Source of the DNA: Sulfolobales archaeon HS-7
Lineage (GTDB): Archaea > Thermoproteota > Thermoprotei_A > Sulfolobales > Sulfolobaceae
Length of the DNA: 64,000 nt
Assembly (NCBI GenBank): GCA_019704295.1
Contig: AP024596.1
Location: forward strand, 448,001-512,000
Direction: 5' to 3'
Shown: one piece after another, positions 20,945 through 31,070 of the stretch
Layout: each line of letters opens with the position of its first letter
Position numbering within the stretch: position 1 is the stretch's first letter
Made by a program: the position numbers and the translations under genes
The notes under the pieces: generated by a model
Database searches by the model: none
The model's input: only the letters and a program-made list of their open reading frames with translations
What the model was told of the DNA's origin: nothing

Positions 20945-21245
20945 GAATCCTCCCCGCCTCACGAAGGCTATGGTTACTCTGCGAGTGGCTTATCGTTCTT
21001 GACATTGATTCCGGGCTACATCTTCCATTTAATGGGATGTAGAGATTACGGAAAGCTATCCCATCTGAAAGCGTGTGTCTATCATTCGTATTATCGGAAG
21101 CGCACAGTATAAAAAGCCTTACGAGCCCAAGTAAGTCGAGGTTCCTCTCCTAATCATTGCGTTGGTTGAAAGAACCCACGCAATCTTAGTTAACATCATC
21201 CTCAAAATTCACCCGAAATGTCTAAATACTGAACCCCCCATAAAG
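20945..21245 (-). mobile_element. IS200/IS605-derived mini-element, different right-end subtype
   Basis: Minus strand starts TTTAT|CTTTATGGGGGGTTCA (compare TTTAT|CTTCATCGAGGGTTCA at 35264) and ends GCCTTCGTGAGGCGGGGAGGA; internal hairpin ATTGCGTTGGTT..AACCCACGCAAT. Confidence 0.5.
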
Positions 21246-21441
21246 ATAAAGCATAAAGCTTCCTATTGTTTCACCTGTAATGTTGGGAGCGTTCTAATGC
21301 AGTCATCTTAATCGATATCGAGTCGTAAAAATATTAGTATAACGCAGAAATCCTCCTTTAACGGCTGTTCCAGTTGTTTCAGCTTGTAGACTTGAAAGCT
21401 TGAGGAACGATAGGGTTTAGAAACGACTTATGCGCGAGAGC

Positions 21442-21816
21442 CTCGTGATGGTGTCCAATGTGTAATAAATGTAATTTACTTTAAAAACTAAATTTGATAT
21501 AGGAATAACCTAACTTAGAATACTCAATCAGGACAATAATACAGGGGGATTACGAGAGATTAAACTTCCTTACTGACTCCTTAAGCTTAAAATATTCAGC
21601 GATACATTCTGCAAACTTTGGACTCATCATGCTGGAAACCCCTTTTTAGCCTTAACTCTTGAGGAATACGTGATTACTTGTGACCGGACTTAATAAACTT
21701 ATTTTACATTTTCCCTCTCCTCGTAATTAAGCGAATTTAATTCTAGACTGACGTGTTTCATAACTTTTTAGTTTATCTAGTTATTCTGTTAATTACACAT
21801 TGGACACTGTTACGAG
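21442..21816. mobile_element. ~360-bp MITE with terminal inverted repeats, copy 1
   Basis: Left CTCGTGATGGTGTCCAATGTGTAAT vs reverse complement of right end CTCGTAACAGTGTCCAATGTGTAAT; full-length homologue at 45123-45484; no ORF. Confidence 0.78.
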
Positions 21817-21935
21817 AATTACACCACGACTAAGTATAGTGAGATTCATACAACAACAAACGCATAAACTACCCTACTGTCGAGAGTGCTCAGAGAGTGA
21901 GTCTCATACAAAGTTTTATATCGAGTGTACCGTTA

Positions 21936-21947
21936 ATAGTATACTAT
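21936..21947. promoter_or_regulatory. Candidate vapBC operator palindrome
   Basis: Perfect palindrome ATAGTATACTAT overlapping the ATG, downstream of a TTTTATAT TATA box at 21914-21921. Confidence 0.4.
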
Positions 21948-22176
21948 GAGTGAAGTAATTTCGACAAGGCTAAAAAAAGAGGTCGTCAAAAAAATAGACG
22001 AGCTTGTATCTTTGGGCCTATTCAGGTCGAGAAACGAAGCATTGAATTTTATAATATCTCAAGGTTTAAAAGAAACTGAGAAGTGGGAAGAGTTGATGAG
22101 GAAGTCTAAGGAGTTGAATCTCCCATTACTTAATAAGAATCTAGATGATTTCTTAACGGAGAGAGATAGATATTGA
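21946..22176 (+). CDS. vapB: RHH/CopG-type antitoxin (VapB-like)
   Basis: VISTRL...IDELV..G.FRSRNEAL; overlaps the PIN gene by 4 nt. Confidence 0.8.
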   Translation: MSEVISTRLKKEVVKKIDELVSLGLFRSRNEALNFIISQGLKETEKWEELMRKSKELNLPLLNKNLDDFLTERDRY

Positions 22177-22598
22177 GATATTTTGACACCAGTGTCATAC
22201 TTTTGTCCATTTTAAATGATCCAAGAAGAGATGAGGGTTTAAAATATTTGAAGCAGGGAGGTATAACCTCAGAATTAGGCTTAGTGGAGTTAGTTAGCTA
22301 CCTTTCGAGAAACCTGAATGAGGATCCATTACCATATGCGATAAAAATAGTTAATACCTTCAATATAAAAATAATGAATATAAATGGGTTAAGACTATCT
22401 CCTTTTGGAGGTTTAACCGAGGTGGCCCATTTGGCTATAAACGTTTCAAGAGAAGTTAAGTTGAGAACTTTAGATCTACTTCACTTAACGTGTGCCCTAC
22501 TTCTTAATGTTGATGAAATAATCACAGCCGACAAGGAGTTTATTAAGGCAGAAAAATTTCTTAAAGAGAGAAATATAGCCCTCAATATTGTGAAATAG
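22173..22598 (+). CDS. vapC: PIN-domain toxin (VapC)
   Basis: YFDTSV, E, LRTLDLLHL..A, ITADKEF. Confidence 0.88.
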   Translation: MRYFDTSVILLSILNDPRRDEGLKYLKQGGITSELGLVELVSYLSRNLNEDPLPYAIKIVNTFNIKIMNINGLRLSPFGGLTEVAHLAINVSREVKLRTLDLLHLTCALLLNVDEIITADKEFIKAEKFLKERNIALNIVK

Positions 22599-22651
22599 TG
22601 TGAGGGGGCACTACAGGTTATCGATTTCAAACTGTAAGCCAGTCGTGTTTC

Positions 22652-22729
22652 GCCAATTTTACTAAAAATGAGACAATTTCTAAAACAGGGGAAAATTCCG
22701 CTCAAGAGAGTAGAAATTAGCTAAATTTC
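22652..22729 (-). repeat. Dispersed non-coding repeat, inverted homologue at 29119-29196
   Basis: Reverse complement GAAATTTAGCTAATTTCTACTC...TTTAGAAATTG...TTAGTAAAATTGGC vs GAAATTTAGCTGATTTCTACTC...TTTAGAAATTG...TTAGTAAAATTTGGC. Confidence 0.68.
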
Positions 22730-22798
22730 GACTAAAGTGGAGACAGGATCGATTTTTATCTCAGTAAAAGGTACATAACCTAGTTTTTATACGTATAG

Positions 22799-23933
22799 TA
22801 ATACGCTATGTTTAGTATTATCAAGTGGGTAGAAACGAGGACGTTAAAGTTTAAGCGAGGGACTTGCAAAATCTTGGTATGAGGGAAATGAAGATTAGGA
22901 ACAAGTCCCTCGCTAATAGTGGAGGAAGCGTTTAAGAAGATTTCGTCTAATCCTCGCGACATTATCAAGAGGAGCAAATCCCTCCTCTTGGGGAATAGGG
23001 GAAGGGACTACATATCCCTTGTAAGGCAAGAGAAAAAGATAGGGGAACTCTTAGGTAGAACCTTCGAGTTCTGGGAGCTGGGCTCGATCTTCTCTAATAT
23101 CGTGCTTAGATTTAACGAGACCTTCTTGAGGGTGGGTGAAAAGGAAGTGGAGAAGGTAGGGGACAAACTCTTCTCGGGAAAGGTTAGATCTGCCAATATC
23201 TTGTCTCTCGTCAGGTGCAACGTTGTTACCCAATTCGCAGTTCAGGGGATCAAAAGCCCTCTGAGTTTCTTCAAGAGTTCATCAACAAGGCTGTACAGCA
23301 CATCAACTTGAGTTACGTTATAGCCGACGCTGGATTCCTCAACCTCGAGATCCTCAAGGAGTTACCGGCGAAAACCGTGATCAGGGGGAAGAGTAACCTG
23401 AAAGGAGTCAAGGAACTCTTTGCTCAGCCCCTTACCGTAAAGTACTACGCAGTTGAGGATAGAACTTACGTTGCCTACAGAGTGGTAGAGTACGAGGGAC
23501 TCTACTATTACGACGTGATTTACGTGAAACACAAGCGGAAACCAATGCACTTCGTTTTAGTGTCCAACATTGAGGAAGATCTCTACGAGTTGGCCGAGAC
23601 CTACAGGTCGAGGTGGCAAATAGAGGGGGGTTCAAGACGAGGAGAGATAGAATAGAACTCATAAGGAGGTTGTGCAACAAGCTCTACCTCTACCTGATCT
23701 ACGCGCTCCTCCTCACTTCCCGGAACTTGTACCTCTTCCTGCCATTTAACTTCAAGACTGCGGGAGAAAAGCCCTTCACGTTTGACTAGTTCGTCAATCT
23801 CCTCTAGGTGTTTTTAAGCTACAGGGTGGACTATGTACCTTGATTTGACCTCGCGAAATAAATTCAGAACTTCTCACGTCTGATATCATTAACTTGTAAA
23901 ATATACTAGATTTTGACTAAACATATCATATTG
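22799..23933 (+). mobile_element. Degenerate ISH3/IS4-like insertion sequence with frameshifted DDE transposase
   Basis: Fragments 22919-23311 and 23215-23655 contain YVIADAGF and Y..RWQIE (YREK-like); TIRs TAATACGCTATGTTTAGT / CAATATGATATGTTTAGT; about 1.13 kb. Confidence 0.8.
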
Positions 23934-24060
23934 TTACGCCCCTTAAGTTGACTTAATCCTATATTTTTATACACTAATTACTCTAAAAATATCTTACAAT
24001 CATGAGATTTTTGGTGAAACAAGACTGCCGAAAATTAAGGCTTGTAAAACTAAGCCCGCG

Positions 24061-24302
<242 letters not shown>

Positions 24303-24345
24303 TACACTTATTTCTCTTGCAGAGGTTAAAAATTTTTACGAGAGA

Positions 24346-25392
24346 CTAATTTGCCCTTATAGTTCTAAGATATAGGGAGTTCATCATGTTCCTATAATCC
24401 GCTAACTGACTTGGTTCGACGTAAGTGATCGCGATTCCTCCCCTATCTAGTCTTCCCGTCCTGCCAATTCTGTGAATATAGGTTATTTTATTGTCAGGCA
24501 TATCAAAATTAATTACCTTCTTTATGGAGAGAATATCAATTCCCCTTGATGCTACATCAGTAGCAATTAACACCTGATACTTCCCAGTTCTAAAACCATC
24601 AATGTTTCTCTCTCTCACTCTCTGAGGCATGTTCCCCCTTAATTCCCCAACGTCATACCAATTCGACATAAATCCTGCCAATCTTTCCGCCCTATCCCTT
24701 GTCTTAGTAAACACTAAGGTCCCATCTTCTATGTGACTTTTGAGCAACTTAACTTTATCTGTCCAACCCCGAGTTACGTAATACCTGTGCTCTACATTAG
24801 CGATATCAAATTCGCCGTCTCCTATTTTAACTAACTCTGCATCCTTTGAAAAGGTCTTAGCTAGAGAAAAAATTTGATTTGGAATAGTTGCAGAGAAATA
24901 TCCTCCTATTTCCATAGACGTCTGATGTAAAATTTCCTTTACGTCGTCAATGAATCCCATCTCGAGCATTACGTCAGCTTCATCAACAACAACAAACCTA
25001 AATACCGACAAATCTAGGGATCCTTTACCCCATAGATCCAGTAATCTCCCTGGAGTTCCTACTATTACGTCAGCATCTTTAACTTTTCTCTCCTGCTCAG
25101 CATAACCTACACCTCCGTAAACCGTGGCGAACCTCAATCCTTCATATTTTGAAATTTTACTTAGCTCCCATGTCACTTGTCTTGCCAACTCTCTGGTAGG
25201 AGTTAAAACTAGTGAATTAAGTTTAAGTTGAGCTATCGGTATTCCATATGCTGCAGTTTTTCCGCTTCCAGTTCTCGATTGAACTATGACGCTCTTCTTC
25301 GATAGTAACAAAGGAATAACTTTCTGTTGGACCTCGGTAAGGCCACTAAATCCCATTTCCCTTATTGCCTTCTCTATACTTTCACTCAACAT
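24346..25392 (-). CDS. DEAD-box RNA helicase
   Basis: Q motif, TGSGKT, PTRELA, GTPGRL, DEAD, SAT, HRIGRTGR; alternative TTG start at 25413. Confidence 0.95.
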   Translation of the reverse strand: MLSESIEKAIREMGFSGLTEVQQKVIPLLLSKKSVIVQSRTGSGKTAAYGIPIAQLKLNSLVLTPTRELARQVTWELSKISKYEGLRFATVYGGVGYAEQERKVKDADVIVGTPGRLLDLWGKGSLDLSVFRFVVVDEADVMLEMGFIDDVKEILHQTSMEIGGYFSATIPNQIFSLAKTFSKDAELVKIGDGEFDIANVEHRYYVTRGWTDKVKLLKSHIEDGTLVFTKTRDRAERLAGFMSNWYDVGELRGNMPQRVRERNIDGFRTGKYQVLIATDVASRGIDILSIKKVINFDMPDNKITYIHRIGRTGRLDRGGIAITYVEPSQLADYRNMMNSLYLRTIRAN

Positions 25393-25583
25393 CTTAAAAC
25401 ACTCATCTTCCAAGTCCTAGAATATAAATTCGACCCCATTATGAGTGACTTAAACATAGCAGTACCAGATGGATTAACGCTTTCTGCTCGCAAAAAGTTA
25501 AATATCCTTTAGTTAAACTTTATAGCTGGGTATCTAACTCTCGGACGTTCCTCAAAGTAAGGGAGAATGACGAGAGGGTCCGC

Positions 25584-26291
25584 ATGAATATTATACAATT
25601 TATTCAGATTATATATACGCTAATAATGTTAATTCATACGTCTATCTTAGATATAAAAAGTAGGGAAGTAGATCCTAAAACGTGGCTGTTATATGCACCT
25701 TTATCTATATTTATAGTATTTGATATAAGATATGTTAATCTCTTTATATTTCTCTATTCTTCAATAACTGCCAACGTTGCGATTATAGCCCTTTACTTCT
25801 TCGGCATGATGGGGGGAGCAGATGTCTTTGCAATGATACTACTTACTTTAGGAAATTCCTATATATCGTCCTTTATATTCCCTCAATTAACTAGCCTGGG
25901 GTTAGAACCCCTACTCGTCCTCCTAATCTCATCACTAGTTATAACCTCTTTTGCCATAGGAAATATGATAAAGAACTTACCCTATCTAAAGGAGATTCCA
26001 AAAGGGAAGAGATTAACATTTCTTCTATCTGGGAAAAGGATTAAGATACGGGACTTCCTTAACAGCAGATTCTATTTTCCCCTTATGGATTTCAATGAAA
26101 AAGGAGAGATCGAATTCAGAAATAAGTTTGAAATTGAGGAGGATGACGCGTGGTGGAGACAGAGGTTTTCCGAATATGTTAAGACGAACAGATTATCTCC
26201 TGACGATTACATATGGGTTACATGGGGAGTTCCAGTACTTCCGTTTATTCTCGTTGCATATATCGTTACGTTAATCGGAATCCCCATTTAA
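25584..26291 (+). CDS. pibD: Prepilin/prearchaellin peptidase (A24, PibD/FlaK)
   Basis: SILDIKSREV, MGGAD, C-terminal IWVTWGVP.LPFI. Confidence 0.88.
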   Translation: MNIIQFIQIIYTLIMLIHTSILDIKSREVDPKTWLLYAPLSIFIVFDIRYVNLFIFLYSSITANVAIIALYFFGMMGGADVFAMILLTLGNSYISSFIFPQLTSLGLEPLLVLLISSLVITSFAIGNMIKNLPYLKEIPKGKRLTFLLSGKRIKIRDFLNSRFYFPLMDFNEKGEIEFRNKFEIEEDDAWWRQRFSEYVKTNRLSPDDYIWVTWGVPVLPFILVAYIVTLIGIPI

Positions 26292-26336
26292 ATGTGAACA
26301 ACTTCAATTAGAGTTACAGACTCTCTCGAGGAAGAC

Positions 26337-28145
26337 CTATTTTCTAACTATTAAATTACCTCCAGATACGTTGACAACTGTAGTCGTGTTACTGAAATCA
26401 ACAAAAGCAGAACCCTGAATATAACCATAGTAAGCTATAATGTAAAGGTCTTTCATTGCGAAGAGATGCCCCTGAGGTTCAAGCATGACCTCGTACGACT
26501 TATTAGCAATATAAGAGTAATTAAATATAGGCTGAAGCATTATTCCGTTTTCATTGTATTTCTGCAACTTAATTACGTTCTCTGGGGAGAATCCCCTAAA
26601 GAGAAGGAAAGTTCTATTAGGTAGCCCGGGTATAGGTTGATATGTTACTGTAACTAAAACACCTATAATTGAACCCCTATTTGCAAACACTTTCTCTATC
26701 TTGACTTTCACTACATTATAGTATTGCGTGTATTCCTGGTGGACTGTAACTCCCCCTACCATCGGCGTAACCAGTAAGAGTATTCCCAATGCCACTATGG
26801 CCTTTCTCGGAATAGATATCTCGGTTGAACGGGCCTCTGTAGCCTTAATTAAGGGAATTGAAGATGGAATTATCCATAATAATAAATAGGATATCAGAAC
26901 CCTGTAATTGAAGAGTAGGGGTAAAACTGGTAAACCGAATAACGCGTACTTTAGTTTCTCATAATACTTGGCGTAAGATATCCACAATATAATTAAGAAA
27001 AAAAATTGAACGAAAGTGTAGTAAATAGGGGGCATGTAATATATTCCGAGAAATGAAAGCTGAGAAATTCCGCTCCCTATACCTATAAGATCCCCTGATA
27101 TCGGAGTAAGCACGTCATGGAGGTAAATGGTAGGATTCATTACCAAAAATGGGAGATTTGTCAGAAGGAATATTCCTACACATGAAAATGCGGAACTTAT
27201 TAGCGACTTCTTCCCTCCCTCTCTGAATACGAAATAAGCTAATGGAAATAACGCATAAGCCCCTATCTGTTTAAATGAGAGGGAGAGACCATATAAGGCG
27301 CCTGCAGTTGAGAACTTCCTCTTGAATAGGAAATATGAAGCTATACCTAGCGAGAACGACCACAAGAAATCCACGGGTGGAGGTGATTTGAATGTAAACC
27401 ACTGCATATTTAGTAACATAATGGCGGTTATTCCAGCAAGTGTATCGCCAGGTAAATCCCTTGATAGGACAACTATGAAAATAACGGGTATTATGAACAG
27501 GAAAAGCTCTGGAGGTATGTTAGTAATTAATGGCAAAACGTAAATGAGAAACGACATTGCAGGGTAGTTTACGAAAGTAACGACTTTTCCGTAGAGCGTA
27601 GGAGTTTGATACCTTGTTGGAACGTTAAATCTAGTTAAGGCGTGAGCAGTAACTGAAGGTAGATAGGGGTTTAATCCATGAAGAAGTTGTAAGGCAGCAC
27701 ATAAACCGATTGCATATTCGTCAGAAAAGTTACCCACCCACGGGTAGTTTCCTAGGAAAATGATCGCAAGATTCAAAATAAATAAGGCTATTACGTATAA
27801 TTTATTATCAGTGAAGTACCATAAAGCTATGATAACAACGGAAACAATGGGGATGCAAATTGCCTCAAGTCTACCATATAAAGCGACGGGCAATGAGTTG
27901 GATAGGAAAAGTAGAATTGAAATCGTTAGCCTATAGTATTTTTTAGGTAATCTTATCTTATCTGGAAATCCAGGTACAGTTGATAACAGGAATGTAACAG
28001 AGTATGTAAGGAGCAGAATTGACGGAACTCCTACATCAAGCAAGGGATTTGTATACTGAGTTAGAACCCATATAACCTCACCAACGAACAACGCTAGGGT
28101 CGATATTCCAAAAAGAAAAAGCGCGTTTAGCTGTCTATCCTCCAT
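26337..28145 (-). CDS. Polytopic membrane protein, GT-C-fold glycosyltransferase-like
   Basis: SDE....A..LLHGLNPY, NYP, GLSLSFKQ, NLPFL motifs; soluble C-terminal domain. Confidence 0.6.
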   Translation of the reverse strand: MEDRQLNALFLFGISTLALFVGEVIWVLTQYTNPLLDVGVPSILLLTYSVTFLLSTVPGFPDKIRLPKKYYRLTISILLFLSNSLPVALYGRLEAICIPIVSVVIIALWYFTDNKLYVIALFILNLAIIFLGNYPWVGNFSDEYAIGLCAALQLLHGLNPYLPSVTAHALTRFNVPTRYQTPTLYGKVVTFVNYPAMSFLIYVLPLITNIPPELFLFIIPVIFIVVLSRDLPGDTLAGITAIMLLNMQWFTFKSPPPVDFLWSFSLGIASYFLFKRKFSTAGALYGLSLSFKQIGAYALFPLAYFVFREGGKKSLISSAFSCVGIFLLTNLPFLVMNPTIYLHDVLTPISGDLIGIGSGISQLSFLGIYYMPPIYYTFVQFFFLIILWISYAKYYEKLKYALFGLPVLPLLFNYRVLISYLLLWIIPSSIPLIKATEARSTEISIPRKAIVALGILLLVTPMVGGVTVHQEYTQYYNVVKVKIEKVFANRGSIIGVLVTVTYQPIPGLPNRTFLLFRGFSPENVIKLQKYNENGIMLQPIFNYSYIANKSYEVMLEPQGHLFAMKDLYIIAYYGYIQGSAFVDFSNTTTVVNVSGGNLIVRK

Positions 28146-28190
28146 TATTATGTTATTTTAATGGGGAGAAATTAAAATTTAAGGTGTTCT

Positions 28191-28904
28191 TTAAATCTCG
28201 GCCATTTCCTTCATTGGATTAAGTTCGCTTAGACTTTCCTCAAATAAGGGAACCTTAACGTACTTCATTACACCATTACTATAGTAAATTGCCTCTCCTA
28301 CCTGTAGAGATGGAATAACTCTTTCAATTTCCTTCTGTCTTATTGGGAGGATCTCTTTATATACTTTCAGATCTGCGGGATGGACCACCTTATGTAGGTA
28401 ATAGAACTCGCTTTGCGTTAATACATCCTTATTTACCTTTGCGGATCTCTGACTAACTAATATCATTCCAAGTCCTCTTTTTCTCCCTCTAAGGGCGATC
28501 CTGGTTAAAACGTCCCCTATAGGATCGCGCCTATTCTGAGGGACAAACTCGTGAGCTTCCTCTACCACTATAAACCTGTCGGATGGAAGAGAACGCGATA
28601 TCTCCCATAGCGTCGATATATACGATAGCAAGTATTCGAAGTTATCTTCCTTCCATTCACTCATATCGATGATTCCGCTATTTCCGTTTCTATGATCGTT
28701 AACCGCTTGGGTTATTGGATCTGTTCCTGAGTTTACTGGCATTACACCGAACTCTTCAAAGGATTTGATATATTCTCCGTCAGGATCAATAATTGTTACG
28801 GGAATACCACTTTGAATTAATTCCTTAGTTATTACTTTAGCCGTATTGCTTTTCCCAGAACCCCTGATTCCAAGAATTGCTACGCATTTTCTTCTCATAT
28901 CCAT
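28191..28904 (-). CDS. Minimal HerA/FtsK-superfamily (DUF87-type) ATPase
   Basis: GIRGSGKS, IIDPDGEY, VVEEAHEF, RGRKRG, VSQR. Confidence 0.85.
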   Translation of the reverse strand: MDMRRKCVAILGIRGSGKSNTAKVITKELIQSGIPVTIIDPDGEYIKSFEEFGVMPVNSGTDPITQAVNDHRNGNSGIIDMSEWKEDNFEYLLSYISTLWEISRSLPSDRFIVVEEAHEFVPQNRRDPIGDVLTRIALRGRKRGLGMILVSQRSAKVNKDVLTQSEFYYLHKVVHPADLKVYKEILPIRQKEIERVIPSLQVGEAIYYSNGVMKYVKVPLFEESLSELNPMKEMAEI

Positions 28905-29118
28905 AACGTACCCTATAGATTACCACCGTTTAAAACGAGTATGGCTTAATATGATGGAGGAGACGTTTTACCGCACTTTTATAAACCTTACGTAACTAGC
29001 CTTAACGGATGTTAGAATCACACTGAAATCTACAACCCTTTAATCGATTTCTCCTAAATATTGTAGAGTCTAAGGCTTGCTTCGCCAAAAATCTCACGAT
29101 ACTCCCCATCTTCGATAG

Positions 29119-29196
29119 GAAATTTAGCTGATTTCTACTCCTGCCGGCGAGATTTTTTCGTGCTTTAGAAATTGCCTTCTATTAGTAAAATTTGGC
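29119..29196 (+). repeat. Second copy of the 22652-22729 repeat
   Basis: Alignment by eye. Confidence 0.68.
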
Positions 29197-29291
29197 ATTA
29201 TACTACTAATAGGGTCTCATAGAATTCAGAACCACCGTCCTGAATAATTCATCAATATAAATAAAAAGTAAAGTAAAAATAAATATGACTT

Positions 29292-31070
29292 TTAGGAGGA
29301 TATAGACACTGGAACAATTTGCATACTTGCGTAGGAGTAATATCCTGCTGAATCGCTAATGCTTGGAGATATTGCTAAAGCGTTAAAGCTCGCCATATAC
29401 CCCTTACCGTTTGTTAGTGAGACCGCTGTTAGAACTTTATGATTACTTGCGTAGTTATTAGTTAGTGCAACTAGCAAAGCTCCTCCATAACTATTAATGA
29501 TTTCCAAAATACCAGCAAATCCACCCTTCGCGTAAAGCGACTCCCTAACCACTCTCGTCACATTATAGCCGTTAAATATCGACATGTAGTTAACGTAAAA
29601 ACCGAGACGTATACTACCATTTTGTAAATAAGACGCATTGAATGGAATTACTTCCGGATTAGTAATCGGCACGACTATATCTGATATACTTCCAACAGTA
29701 GGATATGCCATTGATATACTTAACGAGGCATTATACATTCCGTAATCTGATGCAAACTCTGAAAAGTTCTCATTCATGATAAATTTCTCATAAATGTTGT
29801 TAAAAGTCTGATATGCGCTGAATAATCCCGATTGCGTCACGTTTGATATCTCCTTCCCGTGCATAAACTGCATGACGGAAATGTAGTGCAGATGATAACT
29901 CCCTCCCTCTTGATAATACTCCGCGTTTATCCCAGTGTTCAATATTGGAGTTGAGTCCATATATGAACTTTTGGCAGTCAATAACTTCCCTGAAACCATG
30001 GGATTGCTCGAGTTCACCCATAACATTAACACGCCTGATATACTCCAATCGTAAGCAGTTGAACCAGTTAGTTCATATGCTTCAAGGAGATTTGTCACAC
30101 ATATTGTTATATTAGCCTCATTACCTGTAACAAGTAAGGGAGTTAACTCAGCTACGTATTGATTGTGGAAGGAAAGCGTGTTTACTGATGGCATAGGTTT
30201 CCACCAGAATAAGTCTATTCCTCCCGTGTACAAAGTCTCATAAGGATTAACTACATCCGCTAAATATCCGTTATAATAGACCAGTACACTCCTTGTTGCC
30301 GGTTCATTAGTATACCAGAACTCATCGTTCCCTCCTCCTTCAGTATATATCATCATCTGGACCCTATAAGTTCCATTAGGAATTGAAACCATCGTTTGAT
30401 ACATGTCATTTAGAGGGTTAAAGGAGAGCAGGGACACACCAAATGCACCAGGAAGCGGAACGAAGTAGTTTGGTAGACCGGGAGGAACAGCGCCAGGATA
30501 TAAGTAGAGAGTAACGTTAACTAGATATATTCCCGTAACTCCTATTTTGAAGTCCTGATATGCTGGAAGGAATATCTCAAAAGTTGCATTTTGGAGAAGA
30601 AGGTTCTCAAACTCAGTCATATCGACGGATGCAGTCGAATTATTAATTTCCTGTGTGGAACCCCAGAATATAGGAACTCCGTCTAGAAATATATCAAATT
30701 GCCTATCATACTGCGTACCGTTAGTCTCCGAAACGGATACGTTCATAAGGATATAGCTGTAAGTTCCAGAAGGTATTGTAACTGAAACGTTGTAAGGAAT
30801 TGCTGGATTTTTAGAAATTACAGGAAAACTAACATTCTTAGCTACAACGACAACTTTAGGAGTAACGTTAGGTGGTACCGTTTTGTAAGCCTCGAAAGAG
30901 TAGAAAGTAGTTTTAACAGAGGACGGATCGTTATAAGTAGTATTGTACAATACCGGATGCTCAAGTCCATTTGGACTCTGGAATTGTGGTATAGTAATTG
31001 CGGACATACCTACTATTGAAAGCCCACTGACCAACACTAATACCAAAATTATTGTGGATACGAGTTTCAT
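29292..31070 (-). CDS. Secreted peptide-N4-asparagine amidase A (PNGase A)-like protein
   Basis: Signal peptide; GTQYDR, DEFWYTN, P....YTGGI....W.P motifs. Confidence 0.8.
   Translation of the reverse strand: MKLVSTIILVLVLVSGLSIVGMSAITIPQFQSPNGLEHPVLYNTTYNDPSSVKTTFYSFEAYKTVPPNVTPKVVVVAKNVSFPVISKNPAIPYNVSVTIPSGTYSYILMNVSVSETNGTQYDRQFDIFLDGVPIFWGSTQEINNSTASVDMTEFENLLLQNATFEIFLPAYQDFKIGVTGIYLVNVTLYLYPGAVPPGLPNYFVPLPGAFGVSLLSFNPLNDMYQTMVSIPNGTYRVQMMIYTEGGGNDEFWYTNEPATRSVLVYYNGYLADVVNPYETLYTGGIDLFWWKPMPSVNTLSFHNQYVAELTPLLVTGNEANITICVTNLLEAYELTGSTAYDWSISGVLMLWVNSSNPMVSGKLLTAKSSYMDSTPILNTGINAEYYQEGGSYHLHYISVMQFMHGKEISNVTQSGLFSAYQTFNNIYEKFIMNENFSEFASDYGMYNASLSISMAYPTVGSISDIVVPITNPEVIPFNASYLQNGSIRLGFYVNYMSIFNGYNVTRVVRESLYAKGGFAGILEIINSYGGALLVALTNNYASNHKVLTAVSLTNGKGYMASFNALAISPSISDSAGYYSYASMQIVPVSISS

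Noticed and set aside
22919-23655. Two intact transposase genes
   Set aside because: They are frameshifted pieces of a single IS transposase.
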